63,134 nucleotides of DNA from a virus (Duplodnaviria > Caudoviricetes): positions 1 to 63,134 of IMG/VR virus record IMGVR_UViG_3300016673_000467. One strand, 5' to 3'. How positions within the stretch are numbered: position 1 is the first letter of the stretch; each line of letters begins with the position of its first letter. The notes beneath the pieces were generated by a model. The model did not search any database, was not told where the DNA came from, and saw nothing but the letters and a program-made list of their open reading frames with translations. Below are positions 27,586 to 37,272 of the stretch, piece by piece. A program made the translations under genes and the position numbers.

Positions 27586-28962
27586 ATGAGTGATGACCCA
27601 AGCAAAACGCTCCCGGCCGTGGATGCCATGCGCCAGGACTGGGCCATTGTCGATGCGCTGATGGGCGGCACCAAGGCCATGCGTGATGCGGGCGAGAGCT
27701 ACCTGCCCAAATGGCCCAAGGAAGACAGTGACTCGTACAAAGCCCGGATCAAGTCATCGACCTTGCTTCCGGCCTACAGCGAAACGGTGCACAACATGAC
27801 GGGGCGGGTGTTTGCCGAGGCGATTGTGCTCGGTGATGACGTCCCCGAGCAGACCCAGGGCTTCGCGCAGAACTTCGATCGCCAAGGCAACAATATTCAG
27901 GTGTGGTCGCAGTCGGCGTTCGTGACCGGTTTGTCCCATGGGCTGTGCCATGTGTTCGTCGATTACCCGAAGGTTGAAGGCTTGCGCACCGCAGCGGATG
28001 AAAAGGCCGCCGGTGTTCGTCCTTACGCCATCATGATCCTGCCCGAGCAGGTATTGGGCTGGCGCGCCGCATCGACCGGTGGCGAGCAGGCATTGACCCA
28101 ATTCCGCTACATGGAATGCATCGAGGAAGACGACGGGGCTTTCGGCTGCAAGAAGGTCATGCAGATCCGCGTGCTTGAGCCGGGCGCCTGGCGTACTTAT
28201 CGCGAGGTCGAAGGCGAGAACGGTAAAAAGAGCTGGCAGCTCCACGACGAAGGGCGGACCAGCCTCGACGTGATCCCGCTGGCCACGTTCTACACCAAGC
28301 GCACCGGTTTTATGACCGCAACACCCCCATTGCTTGAGCTGGCGTATATGAACGTCAAGCATTGGCAGTCGCAGAGCGATCAGGACAACATCCTGCATGT
28401 GGCCCGGGTGCCGATGCTGATGATCAGCGGCATTGATGACGAAACCTTTGAGCTAAAGGTCGGCACGAGTTCGGCTACCAAGTTGCCCAAGGATGGCGAC
28501 ATGAAGTGGGTCGAACATAGCGGTAAGGCTATTGAAGCCGGGCGCACGGCGTTGCACGACCTGGTGGATGATATGCGCCTGTCCGGGGCCAAGCTGCTGC
28601 AAAAGGACAAGCAAGTTACCAAGACCGCCACGCAGGCCGAGGACGAGGCTGCTCAGGAAATGAGCCCGCTGCAAACCATGGCCGAGCGCTTCGAGGACTT
28701 TATCGATCAGGTGCTGCAGTATTTCGCCCTGTGGACCAAGCAACCGGAAGGCGGGCACGTTCAGGTCAATGGCAACTTCGATATCGACTTCGCCCCGGAA
28801 ACCACACTGCCGCTGCTGGTGAGCATGGCCAGCCAGGGGCGTCTGTCTGATGAAACCCTGTTCAGGGAAATCCAGCGCCGCGGTGTGATCTCGGATGACC
28901 TGGACTGGGATACCGAAAAGCAGAAGATCGCCGATCAAGGTCCAAGCCTCGGAGTACTCTAG
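27586..28962 (+). CDS. Portal protein (DUF4055-like)
   Basis: MGGTKAMR.AGESYLP; position after TerL. Confidence 0.88.
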   Translation: MSDDPSKTLPAVDAMRQDWAIVDALMGGTKAMRDAGESYLPKWPKEDSDSYKARIKSSTLLPAYSETVHNMTGRVFAEAIVLGDDVPEQTQGFAQNFDRQGNNIQVWSQSAFVTGLSHGLCHVFVDYPKVEGLRTAADEKAAGVRPYAIMILPEQVLGWRAASTGGEQALTQFRYMECIEEDDGAFGCKKVMQIRVLEPGAWRTYREVEGENGKKSWQLHDEGRTSLDVIPLATFYTKRTGFMTATPPLLELAYMNVKHWQSQSDQDNILHVARVPMLMISGIDDETFELKVGTSSATKLPKDGDMKWVEHSGKAIEAGRTALHDLVDDMRLSGAKLLQKDKQVTKTATQAEDEAAQEMSPLQTMAERFEDFIDQVLQYFALWTKQPEGGHVQVNGNFDIDFAPETTLPLLVSMASQGRLSDETLFREIQRRGVISDDLDWDTEKQKIADQGPSLGVL

Positions 28963-30078
28963 ATGGCTACGGTTAACTCGCTGCTGGAGAATGAGCACGT
29001 TGCCCACGCGGTATCCCTGGAGCAGTACAAGCTCGGCGTGGTGCGGCGGATCATTGCCCAGCTCAACCGGTCAGATGCCAGCCTTGCCGCTGCGCTGACC
29101 GAAGCGCTGGAGCGAATGCCCGCCGAGTCGTTCACGGTTGAGCGTTTGGAGTTGCTATTGGACGAGGTTCGTTCGATCAATGCCCAGGCTTATGCGCAGG
29201 TATCCAAGGCGTTGCAGGCTGACTTGAATGAACTGGCAGGCTACGAGGTGAGCTGGCAGCAGACGCTGCTTGAAAAACTGGTCCCTCAGCCTGTGCAAGT
29301 GCGTTTCCCCGTCGTCAGTATCAGCGGCGAGCAGGCGTATGCAGCGGCCATGTCCCGACCGTTTCAAGGGCGCTTGTTGCGTGACTGGTCGAAAAGCATT
29401 GAAGCCGATCGGATGGTCAAAGTCCGCAACGCTGTGCGCACCGGATACCTGGAGGGCAAAACCACAGACCAGATCGTGCGCAGCATTCGCGGTACCCGGG
29501 CGGCGGGGTATGCCGATGGTTTTCTGGAGCGCCCCCGTAAAGACCTGGCCGCAGTCATTCGCACGGCAGTCAGCCATACGGCGGCCACGGCCCGGCAAGA
29601 ATTCAGCAAGGCTAACGCAGAAATTCTGAAGGCCGAGCGCTGGATCAGCACGCTGGATGACGGCACCTCGGCGCCATGCCGTATCCGTGACCAGTTGCAG
29701 TACGAAGTGCTTACGCATAAACCTATCAAGCACCATATTCCATGGCTGCAAGGGCCGGGGAGGCTGCACTTCAACTGTCGCAGTACCTCAAGCCCGGTCA
29801 CCAAGTCATGGCGTGAACTCGGCATTCCCATTGACGAGATGACACCTGGGCAGCGGGCAAGTATGGATGGCACCGTATCCGCCGAATTGAACTACAGTGC
29901 CTGGCTCGACAAGCAGTCGGATGAGCGCAAGGCCCAGGTGCTTGGGCGGGAACGCTACAAGCTCTACAAGGGCGGCAAGCTTGTCCTGGAGGATTTTTAC
30001 TCACCTTCGGGCGAGTGGCTGGAGCTTGATCAGATCAAGGCGCGGGACGCGCAGGCATTCGCTAAGATGGCTGCTTAA
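28963..30078 (+). CDS. Head morphogenesis protein (MuF/SPP1 gp7)
   Basis: WISTLDDGTS..C ... HFNCRS. Confidence 0.88.
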   Translation: MATVNSLLENEHVAHAVSLEQYKLGVVRRIIAQLNRSDASLAAALTEALERMPAESFTVERLELLLDEVRSINAQAYAQVSKALQADLNELAGYEVSWQQTLLEKLVPQPVQVRFPVVSISGEQAYAAAMSRPFQGRLLRDWSKSIEADRMVKVRNAVRTGYLEGKTTDQIVRSIRGTRAAGYADGFLERPRKDLAAVIRTAVSHTAATARQEFSKANAEILKAERWISTLDDGTSAPCRIRDQLQYEVLTHKPIKHHIPWLQGPGRLHFNCRSTSSPVTKSWRELGIPIDEMTPGQRASMDGTVSAELNYSAWLDKQSDERKAQVLGRERYKLYKGGKLVLEDFYSPSGEWLELDQIKARDAQAFAKMAA

Positions 30079-30091
30079 CTAGGAGGCTTCA

Positions 30092-30340
30092 ATGACGAAG
30101 ATACTGCTTATTGGCGGCACAAACGGCAGGATAATGACTGACATTGAGAGCGGACAGCAGGAAGTTCGCCTTAAGAAGCGTCGGACCGGATTTCAGCAGA
30201 GGGTAGGAGGCGTACCAAGTGAGGAGGAGTATGTTCGTGCTGAGCTTGTGGACTCCAATGGCTGCAAACATACGGTTTTCGTTCTTCGCGGCGAAGACCC
30301 TATCCAAGTTCTGATCAACCACTATCAGAATGGCCAATAA
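30092..30340 (+). CDS. Hypothetical protein
   Basis: AGGAGG RBS. Confidence 0.65.
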   Translation: MTKILLIGGTNGRIMTDIESGQQEVRLKKRRTGFQQRVGGVPSEEEYVRAELVDSNGCKHTVFVLRGEDPIQVLINHYQNGQ

Positions 30341-30581
30341 GCCTCGTCTCCACCTCATACAAGGCACCTTTGCCCCGGATACCCCAGCGGAAAAAGTGCG
30401 CAAGCGTGTACGGGCTATGCCCAAGCCGCCCACCATGGTGCAGTGCCATCGCTGCGGCGGGCGCGAGGTGATCGAAACCAAGATTGGTGTGCTGATGAAG
30501 AACGGCAAGCCAACGGGCGGGACCAAGACATTGATCTGCATTGGGTGCCTGCTCAAAGGAGAAAGAGTGCTACTGGTGTAG
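30330..30581 (+). CDS. Small zinc-ribbon protein
   Basis: CHRCGG...CIGC. Confidence 0.7.
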   Translation: MANKPRLHLIQGTFAPDTPAEKVRKRVRAMPKPPTMVQCHRCGGREVIETKIGVLMKNGKPTGGTKTLICIGCLLKGERVLLV

Positions 30582-30642
30582 CATTGATTGAGTACCCTAT
30601 ATGCATGTCATAGCTTCTTGATATCACTTAGGGAGTTCCGTT

Positions 30643-30999
30643 ATGAAATGGCCTGTTATCGCCGCATCACTCTTGGTTGTCGTCGGATCTGGAGTGGTTC
30701 AGGCTCAGAACTACATTTATGGTCAGTCCGGTACGACATACAACAGCGTAGGTAACTCCGTTTACGGTTCAGACGGTACTTCCTACAACCAAGTGGGTAA
30801 CTCTACTTACGGCTCAGATGGTTCAAGATCGACAAGAGTCGGAAATAACACGTACCACTCCAACGGAGAGTCGAGCATTCAGGTAGGTAACAACCTTTAT
30901 AACTCCGATGGATCTAGTGCAATTCGTGTTGGAAACACGACTTATGGTTCTGATGGAACTACTTGCACGAGTGTCGGCAGTTCGACTTTCTGCAACTAG
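30643..30999 (+). CDS. Secreted repeat protein (six 15-aa YGSDG..VGN repeats)
   Basis: Signal peptide; repeats visible in translation; terminal C-x8-C. Confidence 0.8.
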   Translation: MKWPVIAASLLVVVGSGVVQAQNYIYGQSGTTYNSVGNSVYGSDGTSYNQVGNSTYGSDGSRSTRVGNNTYHSNGESSIQVGNNLYNSDGSSAIRVGNTTYGSDGTTCTSVGSSTFCN

Positions 31000-31047
31000 T
31001 TCAATCAACCAGCATGACCCGCTTTTGAGCGGACTTTTCCTTTTAGA

Positions 31048-31073
31048 GCCCTGGCATCCGCCGGGGCTTTTTT
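31048..31073 (+). terminator. Rho-independent terminator
   Basis: GCCCTGGC-ATCC-GCCGGGGC-TTTTTT. Confidence 0.75.
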
Positions 31074-31084
31074 ATGGGCGCGAT

Positions 31085-31143
31085 TCCGGATGGATAGCGC
31101 CGCACCGCGCCGGATGGCTCACCCATTGGGCGGATGCCCGGAG
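31085..31143 (+). promoter_or_regulatory. Structured 5' leader with three GGAU-loop hairpins
   Basis: TCC-GGAT-GGA, GCC-GGAT-GGC and GGGC-GGAT-GCCC, then GGAG RBS. Confidence 0.7.
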
Positions 31144-31151
31144 ACTCACCC

Positions 31152-31940
31152 ATGAAACTCAAGTTCGACGAACAAGGTCATGTGGTCGTTCAAGACGGTA
31201 AACCTGTCTACACCCATGACGATGGCAAGGACGTGGCGTTTGATGCGCCGTCGGCCGTGTCCAAAATCACGGCCCTGAATTCCGAAGCCAAAGGGCACCG
31301 CGAAGGCAAAGAAACCGCAGAAGCGAAAGCAAAGGCATTTGAAGGTATTGAAGACCCTGAAAAGGCCCGAGCTGCACTGGCAACCGTCGCTAACCTGGAT
31401 GCCGGCCAGCTTGTTCAAGCGGGCAAGGTCGAAGAGATCAAAGCTGCCGCCATCGCCGCCACCGAGGAGAAGTTCAAGGCCCAGGTGGCGACCCTGGCTG
31501 AGCAAGTTAAGACAGTCACCGCCGAGCGCGATACCACCACTGGCATTCTCTACCAGGAGAAGATCGGCGGCGCCTTCGGGCGCTCCAAGTTCGTCACTGA
31601 CAAGATCGCCGTACCGCCGGACATGCTGCAGAACACCTTCGGCAAGGCCTTTAAGGTCGAAGACGGCAAAGTCGTTGCCTACGGCGATGACGGCAACAAG
31701 ATATACAGCCGTGCCCGTCCGGGTGAGCTGGCTGACTTCGACGAAGCGCTGGAAGCCCTCGTCGAACGCTACCCGCACCGCGAAAACATTCTGAAGAGTT
31801 CTGGCGCCAACGGCGGCGGAGCTCCGAACAATGGCGGCAAGGGTGGCGGGCAAAAGACTCTGCCCCGTGCTGCATTCGATGCACTGGACCCGGCCGCCAA
31901 GGCGGCGCATGCACGAAGTGGCGGCACGGTCACTGACTGA
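31152..31940 (+). CDS. Capsid scaffold protein (DUF6651-like)
   Basis: Coiled coil with Gly-rich C-terminus, directly upstream of the capsid gene. Confidence 0.8.
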   Translation: MKLKFDEQGHVVVQDGKPVYTHDDGKDVAFDAPSAVSKITALNSEAKGHREGKETAEAKAKAFEGIEDPEKARAALATVANLDAGQLVQAGKVEEIKAAAIAATEEKFKAQVATLAEQVKTVTAERDTTTGILYQEKIGGAFGRSKFVTDKIAVPPDMLQNTFGKAFKVEDGKVVAYGDDGNKIYSRARPGELADFDEALEALVERYPHRENILKSSGANGGGAPNNGGKGGGQKTLPRAAFDALDPAAKAAHARSGGTVTD

Positions 31941-31977
31941 CCACACGCCGCTGGGCGAACCCCGGCAGCAACCCTAC

Positions 31978-31999
31978 AGCCCGCGCTTGCGGGCTTTTT
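31978..31999 (+). terminator. Hairpin with U-tract
   Basis: AGCCCGC-GCTT-GCGGGCTTTTT. Confidence 0.65.
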
Positions 32000-32017
32000 C
32001 ATATCTGGAGAACGCCC

Positions 32018-33166
32018 GTGGCGAATACTTTGAACAACCTCGTCCCTGACCTCTATGAGGCTTTGGACGTCATTTCTCGCGAAATGACCGGCTTTATCCC
32101 GGCCGTATCCCGTGACTCGTCCGTTGCGCGGGCGGCGATCGGCCAGGATGTGTTGGTGCCCATCACCACCGAAGCGGCGGCGGCCGATAACACCCCGGGC
32201 GTCACCGCACCTGATACGGGTGACACCATCGTCGACAACGTTGCGGTGGCCATCACCAAGAGCAAGCACGTCGCCGTGCGCTGGAATGGTGAGCAAACCA
32301 AAGGCCTGCAAAACGCGGGCACCTTCTCGAGCATCCAGGCCGATCGCTTCTATCAGGCGATGCGCACGCTGGTGAACGAGGTCGAAAAAGACCTCAACCT
32401 CGAAGCGTACCGCAACGCCTCGCGTGCTTACGGCACCCCTGGCACCACACCGTTTGGCACGGCTGCCGATTTGTCGGACTTCGCGGGCGTGCTGGGCATC
32501 CTCGAGCAGAACGGCGCACCCACCAACGACCTGCAGCTGGTGCTGGGCCACTCGGCCATCGGCAATATGCGCGGCAAGCAGTCCGGCCTGTTCAAGGTCA
32601 ACGAAGCGGGTTCCAGCGACATGCTGCGCAACGGTATGACCGACCGCATCATGAACATGGCGATTCGTCACTCCCATCAGGTGGGTCGGCACGTCAAAGG
32701 CTCCGGCGCTGCATACGTCACCAGCGGCGCCACTGCCATTGGTGCGACCTCCGTGGCGCTGGCAACGGGCACCGGCACTGTGCTGGCGGGCGATATCGCC
32801 ACCTTCGCAGCGGACGATGGCAACAAGTACGTGGTGGGCGCGGGTGTTACGGCTCCAGGCACCATCAAGCTGAACAAGCCCGGTGCGCAGATCCTGATCC
32901 CGACCGGCAACGCCCTGACACTGGGCAACTCGTACACCGCCAACGTGGCTTTTGCCCGCTCGGCCATCGTGCTGGCAACCCGCGCCCCGGCAATGCCTGA
33001 GGGCGGTGATTCGGCGGACGACGTCATCACCATCACCGACCCACTGACCGGGCTGTCCTTCGAGATTGCGGTCTACCGCCAGTTCCTGCAAACGGCCTAC
33101 CACGTTCGTCTGGCCTGGGGCTGTCGCGCCATCAAGTCCGAACATATCAGCCTGCTGCTGGGCTAA
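32018..33166 (+). CDS. Major capsid protein (P22 coat-like)
   Basis: 382 aa, highly expressed-type codon use, synteny. Confidence 0.88.
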   Translation: MANTLNNLVPDLYEALDVISREMTGFIPAVSRDSSVARAAIGQDVLVPITTEAAAADNTPGVTAPDTGDTIVDNVAVAITKSKHVAVRWNGEQTKGLQNAGTFSSIQADRFYQAMRTLVNEVEKDLNLEAYRNASRAYGTPGTTPFGTAADLSDFAGVLGILEQNGAPTNDLQLVLGHSAIGNMRGKQSGLFKVNEAGSSDMLRNGMTDRIMNMAIRHSHQVGRHVKGSGAAYVTSGATAIGATSVALATGTGTVLAGDIATFAADDGNKYVVGAGVTAPGTIKLNKPGAQILIPTGNALTLGNSYTANVAFARSAIVLATRAPAMPEGGDSADDVITITDPLTGLSFEIAVYRQFLQTAYHVRLAWGCRAIKSEHISLLLG

Positions 33167-33220
33167 TTCGACCACAACGACAACCGGGGGCTTCGGCCCC
33201 TGTGTTTGCGGAGAATGACA

Positions 33221-33556
33221 ATGGCTGGACTGACGAAAGAACAGAAGGCGGCAAAGGTGCTGCTGGAGAAGGCGATCGCATTAAGCGGGTTGAGCGCCGA
33301 AGACTTTGACAAACTGGGTGAGCAGGAGCGCACTGACTGGGGCAAAAGTGCACAGGATGCGCTTGATCTGGAGGCGGCAGAGGCACAGCGTCTTGCTGAT
33401 GAGGCGGGCACCAATCGCTCGAAAGCCAAGTCGGCAGCCAAGGAAGAAGGGCCTGACTACACCGGTCTGATCAAGGTCGAGCACGGCGGTGAGGTGCTGT
33501 ATGTGCATCCGACCTGCCTTGACGACCACGCGCGGCTTGGCTGGAAAGAGGTCTGA
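33221..33556 (+). CDS. Head-associated hypothetical protein
   Basis: GGAG RBS; synteny. Confidence 0.7.
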   Translation: MAGLTKEQKAAKVLLEKAIALSGLSAEDFDKLGEQERTDWGKSAQDALDLEAAEAQRLADEAGTNRSKAKSAAKEEGPDYTGLIKVEHGGEVLYVHPTCLDDHARLGWKEV

Positions 33557-33557
33557 T

Positions 33558-34055
33558 ATGGCACTGGTGATCGAGAGCGGCAGCGGTGTGCCGGGGGCTG
33601 AAAGCTTTGCGACAGCTGACGAACTGGTCACCTATGCCGCAAATTTTGGCAAAACCATCCCGGCCGAGCCGATCCAGCTTGAAGCGCTTTTACGTCGTGC
33701 AGCACTGCAAATGGATGCAATGCCATGGAAGGGCAGCGCTGCCAGCCGGGACCAGTCTTTGTCGTGGCCTCGCGCTAACGTGAAGCGCAATGGTTGGGTG
33801 CTTCCGCCCGATCAGATTCCGCCCCAGATCAAGGCCGGGCAGATGGCGCTGGCGGCCGAGATTCACGCCGACGACCTCGCACCGCCGGAGCTGAAGAAGG
33901 GCGCAGTTACCATGGATCGTGTCGATGGTGCTGTAACGCGGCAATACGCGGAAGCTTCCGCCAGTGCAAGCAAGGCGGCAGCCGGGCGGCAATCGGTTGC
34001 GCAGTTTTCGGGCCTATTGGAGTCATCCAGCCAGGTAAGCCTGCGGAGGTCGTAA
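33558..34055 (+). CDS. Head-tail adaptor (DnaT-like family)
   Basis: MALVIESGSGVPGAESFAT...QSLSWPR. Confidence 0.8.
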   Translation: MALVIESGSGVPGAESFATADELVTYAANFGKTIPAEPIQLEALLRRAALQMDAMPWKGSAASRDQSLSWPRANVKRNGWVLPPDQIPPQIKAGQMALAAEIHADDLAPPELKKGAVTMDRVDGAVTRQYAEASASASKAAAGRQSVAQFSGLLESSSQVSLRRS

Positions 34056-34423
34056 TGTCTTTCTACGATGAAATGGCCGGGATGGCGCTGGAGATGATTG
34101 CCGAGTTTGGCCAGCCCATTGTCCTGCATGAGATCACTCCCGGCGAGTACGACCCCGAGACGGGGCAGACGGCGCCCGATCAAACCCGAGAGCAGGTGGC
34201 CCACGGCATCATGGCTGACTTCAGCGGTCTGGAGTTTCAGAACAACAGCCTGATCAAGCAAGGTGACAAGAAGCTCAAGCTTGCGGCCAAAGGCCTCGAA
34301 TGGGCACCGGGGTTGATGAGCAAGGTGGTGGTCCAAGGCGTTACTTGGGCAATCGTCCCGCCACTCAAAGAAATCAACCCGGCGGGTACACCGCTTCTCT
34401 ACGAATTGCAGGTGCGTTTATGA
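34055..34423 (+). CDS. Head closure protein
   Basis: GEYDPETG; synteny. Confidence 0.75.
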   Translation: MSFYDEMAGMALEMIAEFGQPIVLHEITPGEYDPETGQTAPDQTREQVAHGIMADFSGLEFQNNSLIKQGDKKLKLAAKGLEWAPGLMSKVVVQGVTWAIVPPLKEINPAGTPLLYELQVRL

Positions 34424-35055
34424 GCTTTAGCCTGGATTTGAAAGCATTTGCCGAAAAGGCCAAAGGCAACGTTGAGCAGGTGGTCAAAAAGGTCTCGATT
34501 GATCTGTTGAGCGCCGTGGTGGATCGATCACCCGTCGGCAATCCCGAGCTTTGGGCCGCAAACATCCAGCACCGCCAGGCAAACACTGCGGCAGCCGATG
34601 CTTATGACTACAACGTCGCCATTCGCAACACGGTGATCAACCTGACTGGCAGCAACTTCACCAAGTCCGGCAAGCTGAAACGGGGCGTGAAGTATGCCAA
34701 GAAGCTGACCAAAGCCGAGCGGGTTCAGAACTTCAACATCAATGGTTTGGTGACAGGCAAGGATTACGTCGGAGGCCGCTTTCGCGGTAACTGGCAGGTT
34801 TCATTTGAGGTTGGCGAAAGCGGGGTACTGGATCTGATCGATCCGAGAGGAACAAGTGCTAAAACCAGCGGTACGCAGGTGATTGAGCAGTTCCAGATCG
34901 GGGTAGGCAGTATCTGGATGATGAACAACCTCCCGTATGGGCCGCGCCTGGAATACGAAGGCTGGTCCAGTCAGGCGCCCGCCGGCATGGTGCGCATTTC
35001 GACCACGGAGTTTCAAACATTCGTCAATAAAGCTGTAGCGGAGCTGCCAGCATGA
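34420..35055 (+). CDS. HK97 gp10-like neck protein
   Basis: SPVG...GRFRGNW...NNLPY..RLEY.G.S.QAPAGMV. Confidence 0.8.
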   Translation: MSFSLDLKAFAEKAKGNVEQVVKKVSIDLLSAVVDRSPVGNPELWAANIQHRQANTAAADAYDYNVAIRNTVINLTGSNFTKSGKLKRGVKYAKKLTKAERVQNFNINGLVTGKDYVGGRFRGNWQVSFEVGESGVLDLIDPRGTSAKTSGTQVIEQFQIGVGSIWMMNNLPYGPRLEYEGWSSQAPAGMVRISTTEFQTFVNKAVAELPA

Positions 35056-35486
35056 GTGATCGGGTGATACGCAGCCTTTTTGAGAAGCGCCTCAAGGATT
35101 GGGCTCAAGCCCGGGTGCACAAATTGCCGATTGCCTTTGAGGATGTGGCATTTACACCGCCGCCGGGCGATGCCACCTATTTGAAGGTGTATCTGCTGCC
35201 AGGCAATACAGACAGCGAAGACCTGGAGGGCAAGCACACTTCGTACCGTGGCGTACTGCAGGTCAGTATTGTCACCAAGGCCGGGTCTGGTCGGGGCGCT
35301 GCGGGGCTGATTGCCGAAGAGCTTGCCGCTCTGTACCCGAATAATCTTGAACTGCAAAAGCCGGAGCCGGGCAAGGAGCCATTCAGTGTGTATATCCGTT
35401 CGCAGATGGCTACGGCCCCGGCAATTCAAGGCGATTCCACCAGCTCGCTGCCTGTTTCGTTCCAGTACCGCGCAGATACCTGGTGA
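35052..35486 (+). CDS. Tail terminator-like protein (DUF4128)
   Basis: YRGVLQVSIV...GSG; synteny. Confidence 0.75.
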   Translation: MSDRVIRSLFEKRLKDWAQARVHKLPIAFEDVAFTPPPGDATYLKVYLLPGNTDSEDLEGKHTSYRGVLQVSIVTKAGSGRGAAGLIAEELAALYPNNLELQKPEPGKEPFSVYIRSQMATAPAIQGDSTSSLPVSFQYRADTW

Positions 35487-35493
35487 GATGCTT

Positions 35494-35730
35494 TTAGTCT
35501 TTGCTGCGGCGGTTTCTGAACCACTTCACCAAATACCAAGGCGCGGCCAGTATCAGCACAAGAATTGCCGCCAGAGGCAGAGAGTCTACCCACAGCGATG
35601 CCAGAAGCCTGGACTTGATCAACCAACTTTCGGCGCTATTCGGATCGGTTTGGGCGTAGGCCGACAGCAGTGCAATCACTGAGGTGATTATCGCGAACCA
35701 AATGGCGCTGCGAATTTGCTCTCGATTCAT
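35494..35730 (-). CDS. Small two-TM moron protein
   Basis: Antisense in the tail operon; GGA RBS. Confidence 0.6.
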   Translation of the reverse strand: MNREQIRSAIWFAIITSVIALLSAYAQTDPNSAESWLIKSRLLASLWVDSLPLAAILVLILAAPWYLVKWFRNRRSKD

Positions 35731-35856
35731 ATGTGTTTGATTCCAGGAGTGGCATTAAGTAAGGCGCGCGATCCTATCAAGCAGCCGTCATCCGGTCGAT
35801 GGCTCTATTTGCCAATCCACAGACTTCATCCCAATACGCCCATAGGGCACAGCCTG

Positions 35857-35877
35857 AACCCGCCTTGAGCGGGTTTT
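35857..35877 (+). terminator. Hairpin with U-tract
   Basis: AACCCGC-CTTGA-GCGGGTTTT. Confidence 0.6.
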
Positions 35878-35904
35878 GTCATTTCTGCAATGAGGAAAAA
35901 ACCA

Positions 35905-36552
35905 ATGGGCTACAAAATTCCGAATGGCGGCACGTTCCAGCACGCTGCGACTTACGCCGCGGCACTTACGTTTACCGCCATCGGCAACGCAACCGAAGCC
36001 GTGGCCACAGTGGTCGGGTCCACTTTGGCCGTTGGCGATATCGTGCTGGTCTCTTCCGGCTGGACACCCTTGAACGGTCGAGTTGCCCGTGTAAAAGCGG
36101 CGACAGCAACTGCGATTACGCTGGAAAGCATCGATACCAGCGATACCCAGATTTACCCGGCGATGGGTGGCGCGGGGTCACTGAAGAAAATCCTGACCTG
36201 GGTGCTGGTCCCGCAAGTCAGCGATATCGCGTTTTCAGGTGGCGACCAGAACTACCTGGCTGTCGCCTTCCTTGAAGACGCTCAGGGCCGTGAGACGCCA
36301 ACGGACAAGTCGCCTGCGCGCATGACGCTGACGGTTGCCGATGACCCCGGCCAGGCTTATGTGCCAATTGTGCAGGCCGCTGATGCAAGTACCACTGTGC
36401 ATGCCTCTCGCCTCAACCTGCCGGGCAAGGACACGATCTATTACGGGGCGTTTACCTCGTGGTCGCCACAGCCTGTTGTGGCTCGCGGTGCGGTGATGAC
36501 CCGAACCATCACCCTGGCCTTGCAAGCCCCGATTACTCGTTACGCCTCGTAA
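35905..36552 (+). CDS. Major tail tube protein
   Basis: Phage_tail_3-like; synteny. Confidence 0.85.
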   Translation: MGYKIPNGGTFQHAATYAAALTFTAIGNATEAVATVVGSTLAVGDIVLVSSGWTPLNGRVARVKAATATAITLESIDTSDTQIYPAMGGAGSLKKILTWVLVPQVSDIAFSGGDQNYLAVAFLEDAQGRETPTDKSPARMTLTVADDPGQAYVPIVQAADASTTVHASRLNLPGKDTIYYGAFTSWSPQPVVARGAVMTRTITLALQAPITRYAS

Positions 36553-36561
36553 GGATCTGTT

Positions 36562-36951
36562 ATGGCCAAGTTCAAAATTGCGCAAAACCCGACCTTTAAA
36601 GCCGACGTTGAGATTCCGCGCATTGGCGGTGATCCCGACAAGGTGCCTTTTGAGTTCAAGTACCGCGACCGTAAGGCGCTGGCAGCTTTGTTTCTTTCCT
36701 GGCAGGAAGCTTTCAAGGCGGATGAGGCACGCTTCAAGGAGATGGGTAATGACCTGACCATCGTTGTGATTACCGATGCCAGTATTGACAGGCAAGTCGA
36801 ACAGGTTGAGGCCTTGGTGGCAGGGTGGGGCTTTGATGCCAAGCTCAGTAAAGATTCGATCCGGGCTCTGGTCGAATCTACAGCTGGTGTGGGCGATGCC
36901 ATCATCAAGACCTACCAACAAGCCTTCGACCCGGCCCGCCTGGGAAACTGA
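36562..36951 (+). CDS. Tail assembly chaperone G
   Basis: Ends RLGN at a slippery site. Confidence 0.85.
   Translation: MAKFKIAQNPTFKADVEIPRIGGDPDKVPFEFKYRDRKALAALFLSWQEAFKADEARFKEMGNDLTIVVITDASIDRQVEQVEALVAGWGFDAKLSKDSIRALVESTAGVGDAIIKTYQQAFDPARLGN
36942..36948 (+). other. -1 programmed ribosomal frameshift site
   Basis: G GGA AAC; the -1 frame is open through 37268. Confidence 0.85.
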
Positions 36952-37268
36952 TCGAGGTCGGGCGCGCCCTGTACGAGCAGCCCGCATCAGCCGCACAGCT
37001 CAGCATGTTCGGGCTTTCCCCGGATGATTGCGATGACACCATTGAGGTCTGGCCCGATAACTGGCCCGCCTTTCGGCTGTTTGAAGCAATGACCACTCAA
37101 TGGCGCACCGGCGCATGCGGCGCGACCGGCCTCGACTACTCCGCAATTTACGACACGGCTAGTCTCTCGGGCCTGACGAGAAAAGCCACCATCAAGCTCT
37201 TCCCTGACCTGCGGATCATGGAGGCCGAAGCCATGCTCGCCATGTCTGAGCAAATGAACAAAGGATGA
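36948..37268 (+). CDS. Tail chaperone GT extension (DUF1799-like)
   Basis: EVWPDNW...TQWR...GLDY; read by frameshift. Confidence 0.8.
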   Translation: MIEVGRALYEQPASAAQLSMFGLSPDDCDDTIEVWPDNWPAFRLFEAMTTQWRTGACGATGLDYSAIYDTASLSGLTRKATIKLFPDLRIMEAEAMLAMSEQMNKG

Positions 37269-37272
37269 CGGC

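Noticed and set aside
28963-30340. MuF polymorphic toxin plus immunity gene
   Set aside because: MuF has no evident C-terminal toxin extension
31769-33175. Long antisense ORFs (468 aa here; also 8932-9921 and 48628-49848)
   Set aside because: Shadow frames of GC-rich, codon-biased genes; no motifs or RBS
36942-36948. Tail chaperone frameshift as a novelty
   Set aside because: Well-established feature of long-tailed phages
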